Translations under genes and position numbers: made by a program
In this document: one piece after another, positions 29,764-41,194 of the stretch
How positions within the stretch are numbered: the first letter of the stretch is position 1
How the letters are laid out: every line of letters starts with the position of its first letter
Notes under the pieces: generated by a model
The model's database searches: none
Told to the model about the DNA's origin: nothing
Seen by the model: only the letters and a program-made list of their open reading frames with translations
From: an uncultured Verrucomicrobiae bacterium
GTDB lineage: Bacteria > Verrucomicrobiota > Verrucomicrobiia > Chthoniobacterales > JAFAMB01
Length of the DNA: 64,000 bases
Assembly: GCA_963813025.1 (NCBI GenBank)
Contig: CAWEXO010000014.1
Location: 352,001 to 416,000 of the forward strand
Direction of reading: 5' to 3'

Positions 29764-31585
29764 CTAAAGGTTTACTCTCGCTGGCTCGCTGCCCGGGATC
29801 AAAAGTCGCGAAATATCTTTGATCGCACATTCGAGGTCAAGCACTTCTTTGAGTTCACCGGCAGCCCGGGCTGAGGCAGCGGCATCATCAACCGAAAGCC
29901 GAATGACTCCTTCCAGGTTTTTTCGGCGCCGCTTGAGCTCGCGCAGGGCGAACTCGATCCAGAAAACCCGGCCAATCGAGGAACTGACCGGTTTTTCCAA
30001 GAGAATCTGAGAAAGAGCGGCCGCCTCCGGCTTTTCCAATCCGGCCAGGAATGTTGCCAGACTGCTCGGGCTGGTTGGATCAACCTCAGAACCAAGAATG
30101 CCTTTCAACAGCTTCGCACCGTCAACCTCGGCCAGAATGCTTGGCCATGGCTGTGCCCGGATCCAGCCGAGCGTCTCCGCATCATTAAACACGACGCGGC
30201 ACAGGAAAGCGATCTCGTGCCGGATCGCGGCGGCAGCAGACGCGACTGCCTCAGGCTTATCGGGAGAGCTTTTCAGCCTTTTCTTAGGCAACCGGATCGT
30301 CTGATCGATCGCTTCGCGCGGCAGCGCCAGACGGGTGGCCAAGCGGCTGATGATCGTGTCGCGCAAAACCACGTCAGGGACCATCCCGACGAATTCGGCC
30401 ATGGATCGCGCAAAAGCGACGCGCGCGCCCGTGCCGGCGGAATCCCCCGAAAGGTTGCGATCAGTCGACGAACTCGAAAAAGTCGCGAGCTCCTCGGACC
30501 AGCTCCTGGAAAGCCGCTGCGCCCGATTTCCGAATCATGGAGTCGGGGTCCTCTCCAGCTGGCAGCCGGCCAATCCGAATTTGCAAACCGGCCTGCAAAA
30601 GGATGGCAAACGCGCGTTCAGTTGCACGATCGCCCGCGTGGTCCGCATCGAAGACGAGAACCACCTCCTCGGCAAAGCGACGCAGGAGCGCGGCGTGTTT
30701 TTCGGTGACCGCCGTGCCTTGAGGAGCGACCACATTCTGGAATCCGGCTTCATAAGTCGTTATCAGATCGAGTTGGCCTTCCAGGATGATGGCGCTCCGC
30801 GCATTTGCGATTGCCCGCTTCGATTTTTCCAAGCCGAACAGCACAGTACCTTTCGAGAAAAGCGGAGTCTCGGGCGAGTTCAGATATTTGCCTTCGGTTG
30901 TGTTCTCCTTCAAGATGCGGCCGCTGAACGCGATGACTTCGCCAAGATCATTGCAGATGGGGAACATCAAGCGGTCACGGAACCGATCATACACGGCGTT
31001 TGTCTCCTGGTCCTTAGCCTTCGCCAGACCGCTCAGAAGCAGTTCCTGGTGCGAATAACCGCTACCCAAAGCCCAATCCGAGAACACGCGCCAGCCGTCA
31101 GGGGCATAGCCAAGCCGCCAGCGCTTCGCCGTCTCAATGTTGATGCCGCGCGACGCGAGATAACTCCGGGCGTGATCGGCTGCCCGCGTCCTGAGCAGGT
31201 GCCGGTGAAACCAATCGGCGGCTTCGGCGTGTAACTGCAACAAACGGCGGCGTTGTTTCTGACGATGTTCCTCGTCAGCGCTCAACACTTCTTCGAGCAC
31301 CGGTATCCCAGCGCGATTAGACAATCGCCGGACCGCCTCAACGAACTCCACGTGCTCATAGTCCATCACGAACTGAAAGACCGTTCCTCCGGCACCGCAC
31401 CCGAAGCAGTAATAGGATTGCTTGCTCGGCGAGACGTAGAAGGAGGGAGTCTTTTCCTGGTGAAACGGACAGAGCGCCCGGAACTCGCTTCCTGCCCGCT
31501 TGAGCGGAAAATAGGAGCTGATGACCTCAACGATATCGGACGCTGCCGCGACCTGTTCGATACTCTGAGGGGAAATGCGCGGCAT
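29764..31585 (-). CDS. dnaG: DNA primase; frameshifted near 30410-30470
   Basis: CPFHQEKTPSF...CFGC zinc finger, KYLNSPET, EGQLD, DADHAG Toprim; C-terminal helical part in ORF 29764-30402. Confidence 0.93.
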
Positions 31586-31657
31586 GAGATTTTTTTGGCT
31601 GATTGGACCCGACCGCATCTTTCTGCGCTGGAACGCAGCGACGGTCACAAGGCTGGA

Positions 31658-31858
31658 TCAGCCGCCGGCTACCATTTGGATCAGTTCTATGCGGTCACCC
31701 TCGCCGATGGCTGTTGTTTCCAGAACTTCGCGACTGAGCGGTTGGCCGTTCTGCTCGACTAGAACGGTGTTCCGCGGCAATCCGAGCCGATCCAAAAGGT
31801 CGCAAACTGCGGAGCCGTCCGGCATGCTCCGACTTTCTCCGTTTACCACGATGTTCAT
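31658..31858 (-). CDS. thiS: Sulfur carrier protein ThiS
   Basis: MNIVVNGE...VEQNG...GDRIELIQMVAGG (C-terminal GG). Confidence 0.9.
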   Translation of the reverse strand: MNIVVNGESRSMPDGSAVCDLLDRLGLPRNTVLVEQNGQPLSREVLETTAIGEGDRIELIQMVAGG

Positions 31859-32970
31859 GAAGTCAGAATAGAGGCTTCCCAGTCCTTCCAGACAGCTTCG
31901 AGGCCGTGCATGCGCAAGCTTTGGACAAGCTCCGCCGGAGAACGATCGTCGTCGATAGCAAACTGTGCTTCGGCGTGCTCCGCTGGATGACAGGAGGTTT
32001 CTGGGCGTCCACGCACCGTGAGGTGCAGGGCTTTTTTCCCCTGGTTGGTGTAGCCGCCCGGTTCGGTGCGGCTGCCGGCGCTCATCGAGGTCACTCCCAA
32101 CGGGGCGACCAGGTCGCGCAGTCCAGCCGCCTCGCGGGTGCTCAGGACGATTCCGACCTGGGGAAAGCTCAGTCGCAAGGCACACAGCAGTTGCACAAAA
32201 TCGCGATCCGAAAGAGGTGAGGTTGCCTGGAATTCTCCGGCTGCAGGACGAAGGCGTGGCAAGCTGACTGTAATCTGGGCGCGCCAGCAGACGCGTAGCA
32301 AATATTCGATGTGTTCGGCGAGTGCCAGTGCTTCCCGGCGCCAATCGTCCAAACCGAGAAGGGCTCCTACGCCCAATCGTCGAAATCCCGCCTGATACGC
32401 TCGTTCAGGGGTGCCGAGTCGCCAGACAAAGTCGCGTTTCGGTCCCGAGGTATGCAACTCCCGGTAGCGATCGGGATTATACGTTTCCTGATAGACCACC
32501 AGTCCTTCCGCACCGGCCGCCACCAGCGTGCGATATTCCTCCGTTTTCAGCGGCGCTATTTCCAGGGCGAGAGACGGAATAAAAGGAAGAAGGCGGCCAA
32601 TAACGGCTTGGAGGTAGCCGTTCGAGACAAATTTTGGATGCTCTCCCGACACCAGCAGCAAACTGCGAAAGCCCTGATCAAACAGGTAGCGTGCTTCCCG
32701 TTCCACCTCTTCGGGAGAAAGTGTGAGGCGCAGGATCCGGTTGTCGCGGGAAAAGCCACAATAACGACAATTATTGATACACTCGTTGGAAAGATAGAGT
32801 GGCGCGAACAGGCGCATCGTTCGGCCAAAAAACCGACGAGTGATGCGCGCGGCCTTCGCGCTGTAGCGATCGAAGGTGGCGTTGTCCCACGGCTCGATTC
32901 GTTGAGCAAAGTCTCTCAGGAACGGGCTTTTTTGGCGATGTGGATCTTGGAAACGCTCGGCAAAGCACAT
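31855..32970 (-). CDS. thiH: 2-iminoacetate synthase (radical SAM)
   Basis: LFAPLYLSNECINNCRYCGF, YQETY, SLPRLRP, SAGSRTEPGGY, WKDW. Confidence 0.93.
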   Translation of the reverse strand: MCFAERFQDPHRQKSPFLRDFAQRIEPWDNATFDRYSAKAARITRRFFGRTMRLFAPLYLSNECINNCRYCGFSRDNRILRLTLSPEEVEREARYLFDQGFRSLLLVSGEHPKFVSNGYLQAVIGRLLPFIPSLALEIAPLKTEEYRTLVAAGAEGLVVYQETYNPDRYRELHTSGPKRDFVWRLGTPERAYQAGFRRLGVGALLGLDDWRREALALAEHIEYLLRVCWRAQITVSLPRLRPAAGEFQATSPLSDRDFVQLLCALRLSFPQVGIVLSTREAAGLRDLVAPLGVTSMSAGSRTEPGGYTNQGKKALHLTVRGRPETSCHPAEHAEAQFAIDDDRSPAELVQSLRMHGLEAVWKDWEASILTS

Positions 32971-33017
32971 CTAGCAGGAAACTCTGTTGAGTTTGCCTTT
33001 TCGGCAATGGGAAAGTC

Positions 33018-33184
33018 TTGGAGTACGCGCGACTTGTCGCCGCTTTACGACCCGCGCGGAGCGCGGAAAAAAAAGAGGAACCGGAAACACACGCCCCGGT
33101 TACCGCAGTTGTAAAATCCTGGATATCTCTCTGAGGCGCGCTCCGCGCGGATCTCAAAGCGGCGATAGGTCGCACGCACTCCAA
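33018..33184. repeat. Repeat family B copy
   Basis: TTGGAGTACGCGCGACTTGTCGCCGCTTT ... AAAGCGGCGATAGGTCGCACGCACTCCAA. Confidence 0.85.
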
Positions 33185-33196
33185 AAATCCGCCTCG

Positions 33197-35899
33197 TCAG
33201 CCCGTCGGGGGTTGACGAATCTGGTAGTTCGGAAAACGCTCCTTCAGTTCCGACAACGTCTTTGAGGCTTGCACTGCGTCGCCGCATTGGCGGAAAGCCT
33301 CGTAAGCCTTTTCTAAAGCGCTAGGCGTAACCTCGGGATCCTCGTATAACACAGCGATACTCAGATAAGATCGGGCCGCGTTCTGATAATTTCCTTTGGC
33401 CGACTCCACGTCGCCGACAGCCATCCGGGCAGCCGCATTCAGCCGTCCTTCGGGTTCCAAGCTCAACGCTTCTTGGGCGGAATGGGTCGCTTCTTCAAAC
33501 TGGTGGGCGCCCGCTTGGGCCTCGCTGAGCGGGATCAATGCCTGGGCGCGCATCGTCGGATCCGTCGCTTTCGCAAGATACGCGTTCAGAGCGGCGATCG
33601 CCTCCGGAAATTGCTTGAGCGCAAGCTGCGATTTCCCGAGCAGGAACCAGATATCCCGGTCTAGCTTCTCCTTATCGGAGTTTTGGGTCAGCAAGGAGAG
33701 ATACTTGGCAGCCGACGCATAATTTTTGTCAGCGAAGAAGCTGGTTCCAAGCCAGCGGCAGGTGTCGTCGACCAATTGCGTCTGCTTTGGATCGCTCTGA
33801 ATGAGGGCGTCCACCTCCCGGGCGGCGTCACTCTTTCGGTTGAGGAGCTGATAGGAATAGATGAGCCGCAGACTTACCTTCTCGTTATATTCCGCAGGAT
33901 CCAACCGGCGAGCGTTCGCGAGCGGTTGGAGCGCATCGGCATAGCGCTTGGCCTCGAAATCGGCCCAGCCCACCCAATAATTCGCTTGTGCCGCTCCTGG
34001 ACTGTTGGGGTAATCATGAAGGAATTGCTCAAAAGTGTTTGCCATCTCGGCGTACTGACCTTTTTGACCGAGCGTGAGAGCTTTCTGCAGCAAGGCGGTT
34101 TCGCGTTCCGGTGCGGAGGGATATAACTGGATAACCTTGTCGAAATCGGTAATTGCCGCCGGGTAATTCTTAAGCTGCTGATACAACAGGGCCCGCTTGA
34201 GAAGCGCTTTCACGGCCAGCTTGTAGGATGGGAACTTATCCAGGAGACCGCTAAACGCATTGATCGCCGCCTGCGGCGAATTCAGCTGGCTTAAACTATA
34301 TCCGGCCGCGTAATAACACTCCGCCTTGTAGGCATCCGGCAACGACGAATTAGCGAGTTCCAGGTAAAGCCTGGCCGAAAGATCGTATTTGCCCTGTTGT
34401 ACTAGAGCCTGGGCCTTCAACAGTTTCGCCTTGTCCGCCTTTTCGCCGCTTGGATTTGTTTCCAGGAAAGTATCGATGGCCATGATGAGGCTCGGATCCT
34501 TCGTCGCCTCGAACGACACCAAGCGCTGATAGCGGGCGTCGGCCGCTTCTGGAGTGGCGGGAAATTGGCGGATGAGCTGGTTATAAAACTCGAGCGCTCT
34601 TTGATGTTTCCCCAGTTGCCGGTAGGAATTGGCGACCAGCAGCAAGACACTTGGTTTAGTCTCTTCTCCGAGAGCATCAACATTGCGGCTGTAGGAATCC
34701 AAGACCTGGGAAAACTTGTCGCCATCGTACTGCAGCTTCATCAACTCCAGCTGAGCAATCTGTTTCCATTTCGGGTCGCTCGTGCCGCTGATGGCAGATT
34801 TGAAAAGCTGCTCCGCTCGATCCTTTTGGTTCAGATCGCCGGCCAGAATTCCCGCGCGAACGGTTGCCTCCGCGCGGACCGGCGGTTTGGTAGCCTCGTT
34901 GGCGAGTTCGGAAAATCGGTTAAACGCTTCCTGTTTGTCTCCATTGTCGAGCGCAAAATAAGCCAGCGAGAGATTCGCGGCATCGCGGTACGGGTTTTTG
35001 TTGTTGTTCGCGACTACATCCTCGTAAGCGGCTTTCGCTTCGGCCTTCTTATTCAGCAACTCGTAGGATTTTGCTTCATAATAGCGGGCGGTCACCTTCA
35101 CTTCCGGCGATTTCGCGTTGGCGTAAGCCTTTTCATAGAGCGGTATAGCGTCCCAGAACGCTTTTCGGTCGAACTCGCGAGAAGCGAGCCGGAACGCCGC
35201 GCTTCCGACGAACTCGCCGGAGCCGATCTCGCTGATGAGCATCCGGTAGGTATTCACGGCGGGACCTTCCTGTCCGATGCGGGCGTAGCAGTCCGCCATC
35301 CGGTACATGGCCGCGGCCCGTCCGGTCGCATCGCGAAACTCGCCCAAATATTTTTCGTATTCGGGCGCAGCCAGGTCATAGAGCTTGCGCTCGTAAAGGC
35401 CGTCGGCCACTGCTAATTGCGCTTTGGCGGGATCGAGGTCGGTTGGACCGCCTGAAGAACCGCTGGGGGCGAGCCGAATTTCATCATTGGTGCCAACCTG
35501 GTCTCTGGTCTTGATGTCGGGCTCGGCTGCACTGCCGGCTGAATCAGGAGCTTTGGGATGGGGTTGGACGATAGCCGCAGGCGTTTGCGGCGTACCCGGC
35601 CTCTCTTGGCGGATCCCCTCGTTCAGGATCGATTGCGGCTCCAGTTCCGAGGCGGGCGAACCTGGATTGACGGGCAACGCGCGCGGAGCAGGGGCGGGGG
35701 TGGGCGTCGGGTTAACGGGTAGTGCCCGTCGAACCTCCTGGCCTGCCACAGGCCGGAATGGCACAGAACCAAACAGCAAAAAAACCAGCAGCAGAGGATG
35801 TCCCCGGATGTGCCCGAACCACCAGCGCTTACGCGAGAACCCTCCAGCCAGATGCTTGGCCGTGTCCGATTCCTGAGCCTGTCTCCGAGGTTGTCGCAT
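33197..35899 (-). CDS. Large exported tetratricopeptide-repeat protein
   Basis: Signal-like N-terminus, Pro-rich linker, many TPR units (A..Y..G..Y, FL..YP.S); start uncertain. Confidence 0.85.
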   Translation of the reverse strand: MRQPRRQAQESDTAKHLAGGFSRKRWWFGHIRGHPLLLVFLLFGSVPFRPVAGQEVRRALPVNPTPTPAPAPRALPVNPGSPASELEPQSILNEGIRQERPGTPQTPAAIVQPHPKAPDSAGSAAEPDIKTRDQVGTNDEIRLAPSGSSGGPTDLDPAKAQLAVADGLYERKLYDLAAPEYEKYLGEFRDATGRAAAMYRMADCYARIGQEGPAVNTYRMLISEIGSGEFVGSAAFRLASREFDRKAFWDAIPLYEKAYANAKSPEVKVTARYYEAKSYELLNKKAEAKAAYEDVVANNNKNPYRDAANLSLAYFALDNGDKQEAFNRFSELANEATKPPVRAEATVRAGILAGDLNQKDRAEQLFKSAISGTSDPKWKQIAQLELMKLQYDGDKFSQVLDSYSRNVDALGEETKPSVLLLVANSYRQLGKHQRALEFYNQLIRQFPATPEAADARYQRLVSFEATKDPSLIMAIDTFLETNPSGEKADKAKLLKAQALVQQGKYDLSARLYLELANSSLPDAYKAECYYAAGYSLSQLNSPQAAINAFSGLLDKFPSYKLAVKALLKRALLYQQLKNYPAAITDFDKVIQLYPSAPERETALLQKALTLGQKGQYAEMANTFEQFLHDYPNSPGAAQANYWVGWADFEAKRYADALQPLANARRLDPAEYNEKVSLRLIYSYQLLNRKSDAAREVDALIQSDPKQTQLVDDTCRWLGTSFFADKNYASAAKYLSLLTQNSDKEKLDRDIWFLLGKSQLALKQFPEAIAALNAYLAKATDPTMRAQALIPLSEAQAGAHQFEEATHSAQEALSLEPEGRLNAAARMAVGDVESAKGNYQNAARSYLSIAVLYEDPEVTPSALEKAYEAFRQCGDAVQASKTLSELKERFPNYQIRQPPTG

Positions 35900-35977
35900 T
35901 CGATCAACGGTTAGCCGTTGCCAGCGTTAAGGGCAGCCACTCTCGCTCCTCGCCCGCTGTCGCGGAACAGCAAAATA

Positions 35978-36394
35978 TCATTGCCCCGGTTTCCCGGTCG
36001 CAAACGCAACATTCCAAATATCCGCTTGCCGGCAAATATCCAGCACTTGGACAATATGGTTGTATTCGACCGCCTCGTCCCCGCGCACGATTACCGCCTG
36101 ATCGGGATAGAGCTGGGCCAGTCTCTTTAACTGGTCGAGCAATTCCGCACCTGTCTTGGTCTGGCGATTGACGACGATTGTGCCGTCCGCTTTCACGTTA
36201 ATGACGACCTGGCCAACGTAAGGCTGCGGCTCATTGGCTTTGGCAGCACTCGGCACCCTGACATCCAGCTCGTTTTCGGTGAGGGCGAAATTCCAGGTAA
36301 CAATAAAGAAGACCAGGACGACAAGCAGTATGTCGACCATGGGGGCAATCATAAACCCGAAAACCCGGGGTTCGGCGTACTTACGAAAATTCAT
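35978..36394 (-). CDS. exbD: ExbD/TolR family protein
   Basis: IAPMVDILLVVLVFF, VIVRGD. Confidence 0.88.
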   Translation of the reverse strand: MNFRKYAEPRVFGFMIAPMVDILLVVLVFFIVTWNFALTENELDVRVPSAAKANEPQPYVGQVVINVKADGTIVVNRQTKTGAELLDQLKRLAQLYPDQAVIVRGDEAVEYNHIVQVLDICRQADIWNVAFATGKPGQ

Positions 36395-37140
36395 CAGACT
36401 TCCTTCTCCAGCACACGACTACGTTCCTGGCGTCGCGAATGCTGCGTAACGACGATACTCACCAGATGCGAAGTCGCCGCCTCCAAATCGGAGATCATCC
36501 GGGAAACCTTGCCGCGAAACAAGGAGTAGAAGGCCATCGCAATGATGCCGACCACCAATCCGGCGGCCGTTGTTACCAGGGCTTGAGCGACGCCGCCGGC
36601 AAGTAGGATCTGGCGTGGCTGAGTGGTATTGCCTGCCAGCACTCCAAAGGAGTTGATAATACCGACAACCGTTCCAAGCAGGCCGAGCATCGGAGCGAGG
36701 GTCGCGATGTCTGCCAAATAAACGATGCGTTGATTCAGACTACTGCTTACCCGGCTTCCCTCTGTTTCGGCGACCTCACGAATAGAATCAACCGGAGCCG
36801 ACGGGTTCTTTGTCGTGAAGTCCAGCACCCGGGCCGTGATGCGAGCAATCGCTTCGGAGTGCCGATTGGAAACCGCAATCAGTCCGAGATAGTCTCGCTT
36901 GCGCAACAAGGCTTCAGCAGTCTCCATGAAGCGGCGACTGACAACCGTTCCCCTCCGCAGACTGACCAGACAAGCGAAGACCAGGGCCAGAGTCAAAACC
37001 GACGCGAGCACCAGTGGGATCATGACCCAGCCGCCCGCCTGCAAAAGTTTGAGGACAGTCGCCTGCGCAGATCCGGGAGTGGGAGTGGCCTCCGCGGCTT
37101 GAGCGAGTAGCGGGACGAACGCCGGTACGAACAGATTCAT
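36394..37140 (-). CDS. exbB: MotA/TolQ/ExbB proton channel protein
   Basis: GGWVM, LAPMLGLLGTVVG, ALVTTAAGL. Confidence 0.88.
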   Translation of the reverse strand: MNLFVPAFVPLLAQAAEATPTPGSAQATVLKLLQAGGWVMIPLVLASVLTLALVFACLVSLRRGTVVSRRFMETAEALLRKRDYLGLIAVSNRHSEAIARITARVLDFTTKNPSAPVDSIREVAETEGSRVSSSLNQRIVYLADIATLAPMLGLLGTVVGIINSFGVLAGNTTQPRQILLAGGVAQALVTTAAGLVVGIIAMAFYSLFRGKVSRMISDLEAATSHLVSIVVTQHSRRQERSRVLEKEV

Positions 37141-37364
37141 GAAATAGGGGTGTATTTAAACGCACCCCCGCCAGAAGTGCAAACCCAATGAACAGTGGCC
37201 TGAGCCGCCTGAGCGGTGCGCCCTGCGCCTATTAGGTCCTATCGGTCCTGTGCGTCCCATAGGACTTGTGTGTCCCCGAAACAACCAAGCCCGCACGATG
37301 GAGCAACCCGCTCCCGCCTGCGCCGCTCGCTTCGCTCCGAGCTGTGGCGGGCAGGCAAGCCGCC

Positions 37365-37427
37365 GGCACCAGCACTAGCACTAGCACTGGCACTGCCACT
37401 GCCACTGACACTGGCACTGGCACTGCC
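37365..37427. repeat. Degenerate hexamer tandem repeat (GCACTG/GCACTA)
   Basis: About 10 units read directly, upstream of uvrC. Confidence 0.85.
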
Positions 37428-37451
37428 TTCCCACCCGAGGTAGTTTGAATT

Positions 37452-39026
37452 GTGGAAGTGCTCGGCGAGAAACCTGATCTGAACGTCAAGCTGCGCGACG
37501 CGCCGCACAAGCCTGGTGTTTATCTGATGCGTGATCGATTGAAGCGGGTCATCTACGTCGGAAAGGCCAGGGACCTGAGGAAACGGCTCGCTCAGCATTT
37601 TATGCCGTCGCGCCGCGTCACGGCCGATCTGAAAAGCCGCGCCTTGCTGGATAGCGTCTGGGATTTCGAATTTCACGTGGTCAAGAACGAACCGGAAGCT
37701 TTGTTGCTTGAAGGAAAGCTGATCAAAGAATTTCGGCCAAAGTACAATATCAGCTTTCGGGACGATAAGAGGTTTCTCCTGGTCAAGGTGAATCTCGGTG
37801 ATGCGATCCCCCGATTTCAGCTTGCTCGCTTGCGCAAGGATGACGGATGCCGCTATTTCGGTCCTTTTGCGCATGCGGGAGCGCTCCGTTCGACCCTGAG
37901 CTGGATGCGGAAGCGCTTTGGCATTCGGTCCTGCCGCGCCCCGGAACCGGGCGAAGTCGACTACCGCCGCTGTCTTGATCACATAATCAAGAATTGTTCG
38001 GCACCCTGTATTCGCAAAGTTAGTTTGGAGGAGTATCGGCAGCGCGTATTGGCCGCCTGCGAATTCCTGGAAGGCCAAAGCCAGGAGATGCTGGCCCAAC
38101 TCGAGGAAGAGATGCAACGCGCAGCCGCCAAACTGGATTTTGAGCGTGCGGCAGAGCTGCGCAACATGATTGACGACCTCCGGCGCACTACTCGCCCGAC
38201 GAGGAGGTTCACCCGGGGTTCTTTGCCATCCGCGCTCGACCCGGAGGCCGATGTGCATTCCCTTGCTGACGCGTTGCATCTGTCGGAGCCACCGGTCGTC
38301 ATGGAATGCTTTGACATCTCGAATATTTCGACCACGCACATCGTCGCGTCGATGGTCAGTTTTCGATCGGGCGTTCCCGATAAATCCAATTATCGTCGGT
38401 ACCGCATTCGGACAGTGGCCGGGCAAGACGATTTTGCGAGCATGGCGGAAGTAGTCCGTCGCCGTTACTCCCGCGTTTTACTGGAAGGCAAACAACTCGA
38501 CCCGGAAGCGACGGAGTACACGCAAGAGGTTCCCAGTGCCGCGCTGCGGAGGGTAAACAGATCCCAGGGCGAAAGACTCGTCCGGCTGCCTGACCTCATT
38601 ATCGTGGACGGCGGCAGAGGTCAGCTCAATGCCGCCTGCCGCGAACTGCAGCGGCTCGGACTGAGCGACTTGCCGATTATCGGTCTCGCCAAAGAATATG
38701 AGGAAATCTATCGGCCCGGCGAAGCGATACCGCTCCGTCTACCGGAAGAGTCTGGCGCTCTGCAACTTCTGCAGCGGATCCGGGACGAAGCACATCGTTT
38801 TGCTAACGGGTACCATCAATTGCTCATGAAGAAGCGCGTCGCTGAGAGCATCCTCGATGACTGTCCGGGGGTGAGCGAGAACCGGAAACAAGCGCTTCTG
38901 CGCGCCTTCGGTTCCGTCGACCGCATCCGGAAAGCTGCCCGTGAAGAATTAGCAAAGGTTGGTGGAATCAGCGATAAGCTGGCCGAAACCATCTGGCGCT
39001 TTCTCAGAAGAGCAGGAGGCAGCTGA
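37452..39026 (+). CDS. uvrC: Excinuclease ABC subunit C
   Basis: GIY-YIG (PGVYLM...YVGKA), ECFDIS, DGGRGQ, RDEAHRFA, HhH C-terminus. Confidence 0.96.
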   Translation: MEVLGEKPDLNVKLRDAPHKPGVYLMRDRLKRVIYVGKARDLRKRLAQHFMPSRRVTADLKSRALLDSVWDFEFHVVKNEPEALLLEGKLIKEFRPKYNISFRDDKRFLLVKVNLGDAIPRFQLARLRKDDGCRYFGPFAHAGALRSTLSWMRKRFGIRSCRAPEPGEVDYRRCLDHIIKNCSAPCIRKVSLEEYRQRVLAACEFLEGQSQEMLAQLEEEMQRAAAKLDFERAAELRNMIDDLRRTTRPTRRFTRGSLPSALDPEADVHSLADALHLSEPPVVMECFDISNISTTHIVASMVSFRSGVPDKSNYRRYRIRTVAGQDDFASMAEVVRRRYSRVLLEGKQLDPEATEYTQEVPSAALRRVNRSQGERLVRLPDLIIVDGGRGQLNAACRELQRLGLSDLPIIGLAKEYEEIYRPGEAIPLRLPEESGALQLLQRIRDEAHRFANGYHQLLMKKRVAESILDDCPGVSENRKQALLRAFGSVDRIRKAAREELAKVGGISDKLAETIWRFLRRAGGS

Positions 39027-39042
39027 CAGCTGGACCGTAGAT

Positions 39043-39209
39043 CAGTCGATCGAGCGGCGGGAGCGGCGGGAGCGGTTTCAGCGGCGGAAGTTAGTGCGAG
39101 AGCAGCGGGAGGTACGAGCTACGGGGAAGTCAGCGCTGTTCGGATTTTTGTTTTCCTAACTGGCACCTACCTCCCACCGCTCCCGCCGCTCCCGCCGCTC
39201 GATTGACTG
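39043..39209. repeat. About 34-bp inverted repeat built from GAGCGGCGG units (family C)
   Basis: CAGTCGATCGAGCGGCGGGAGCGGCGGGAGCGGT / ACCGCTCCCGCCGCTCCCGCCGCTCGATTGACTG. Confidence 0.85.
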
Positions 39210-39277
39210 CCTCCTGGACTTCTGCCTTCTAAAAAGTGGTTGCGCCGGTCGGGGTCCGGTGGTGATTTACCTGCCCA

Positions 39278-41147
39278 ATGGGATGTAAGCTGCTTCTGTG
39301 GACTTTATGCGTCGCCCCAGTGCTATTTTCTACGGCGCAGGCCCAGGAGCCAACGGCAACCGAACCGCCGCATCTGCAACCTAGCTGGGAAACGCAGAAG
39401 CGCTCCGCGGCCTACACCATGGCGATTCCGGCGCCTCGCGGCCAGATCACCGATCGCAACGGAGTGCCGCTGGCCCAGACCCGCATTGCCTATAACCTGA
39501 GCATCGTTTTCCCGACACCGCTCAACTTCACCGACGCGCAGATAATCGATTTTGCTAATCGCGATGCCGCCGTGGCCAAGGCGTTGCTGAACCGGCCGGT
39601 GAATGTATCACCCGACTTGGTCGTTCAGCATTATCGAAACCGTGGATTGATCCCGTTCGATATCGTCACCGATCTCCCGGAAGATCAGGCCAACGCCCTG
39701 CGCAAGCAGTTGCCGTCAGAGATGGTGCTCCGGGCCGTTTACCTGCGTTTTTATCCGCAGGGATCCGTGGCGGGACATATTGTTGGTTACATCGGACGAA
39801 CCAGCCGGGCTAGTACCAAGGTGCTGCAAAATAACGATCCGCTCTTGGCCCGAAAGCGAAGGCCGCGAAGGCTTGGAGCAGAGTTTCGATGAGCAGCTCC
39901 GCGGTAGAGATGGCCAGCTGGAGTTCACCTTTGATAAAGACGGCAACAAGGCCGGTGAACGGATCACGGCCCCACCCGAACCAGGTTACAACGTAGTCAC
40001 GACCATCGATATCGATTTGCAGCGGCTTGCGGAAAAGATCCTGGCAAAGCGCTGCCGCCGGGGTGCTCTTGTCGTCATCGATCCGAACAACGGCGAAGTG
40101 CTGGCAATCGCCTCCTGGCCCACGTTTGATCCCAACGATTTTGTTCCCTCGATTTCGCCCGAGAAATTTCAACGCCTGGTGAATGATCCGAACATTCCGC
40201 TTCTGCCCCGGGCTTTCCGTTCGGCCTACCCGGCAGGCTCAACTTTCAAAGTATTTGTGGGGGTTGCGGGTTTCCAGACACATCGGATCAATCCGGATAC
40301 ATCGTTCGACTGTGTTTCAGCAATGGACATTGGAAATCTGGTGTTCCACAACTGGCGACACCACGATGCGGGCGATCTGGATTTTCGGCAGGCCCTCACC
40401 CAATCCTGCGACACCTGGTTTTACCGTCTTGGCCTGCGGCTCGGGGCAGCTCCCATGGTGGAATGGGCGACTCGATTCGGTCTGGGGAGAAAGACGGGAG
40501 TTTTACTGAATGGGGAGGCCGATGGCCGCATTCCAAACAATGATTACATGCAGGTGACTTACCATCGCCGTTTCGCGCCGGGCGACCTCGCCAATTTTGC
40601 GATCGGCCAAGGCGATATTCTGATCTCGCCGCTTCAGATGGCCCAAGCCATGGGAACTATCGCCAATGGCGGAACGCTTTACCAGACGCGCATCGTTCGC
40701 CAAGTCCAAACATTGAACAACGAGGTGGTCTACAGCTACCCTCCGCGCGCGATCGATCTTTTGAAATTGGAAACGGTCACGCGAGACCAACTTCGCCAAG
40801 CGATGATTGGGGTAGTCTCCGGCTCGGACGGGACGGCTGGTGCGGCCCAGGTCGATGGGGTGAAAGTGGCCGGCAAAACGGGAACGGCTCAGTGGGGACC
40901 GAAAGCTAAGGAGCGAACCGCCGCCTGGTTTGCCGGGTTTGCGCCGGCGGAGAAAAGCCGATATGCCTTTTCCGCGCTTTACGAGGGAAACGTGAGGGAA
41001 AAAGTACACGGAGGTACCCAGGCCGCCCCGATCATTGGACAATTCCTCCGAACAGTTTTCAAAGATGAATCGGCTCCCAAAAAAGGGCAGGGGAGCCAGG
41101 ATGAGATGGATGATGAGGCGCCTTCGGGTTCCGATCAAAGTGACTGA
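39278..41147 (+). CDS. mrdA: Penicillin-binding protein 2 (class B transpeptidase); single frameshift near 39845
   Basis: APRGQITDRNG, YPQGSVAGH, GSTFK (SxxK), SCD, KTGTAQ. Confidence 0.88.
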
Positions 41148-41194
41148 CCCAAAAACCGTTTGCAGGTTTTCACCTTTGCGTGGAGGGTCGCCCG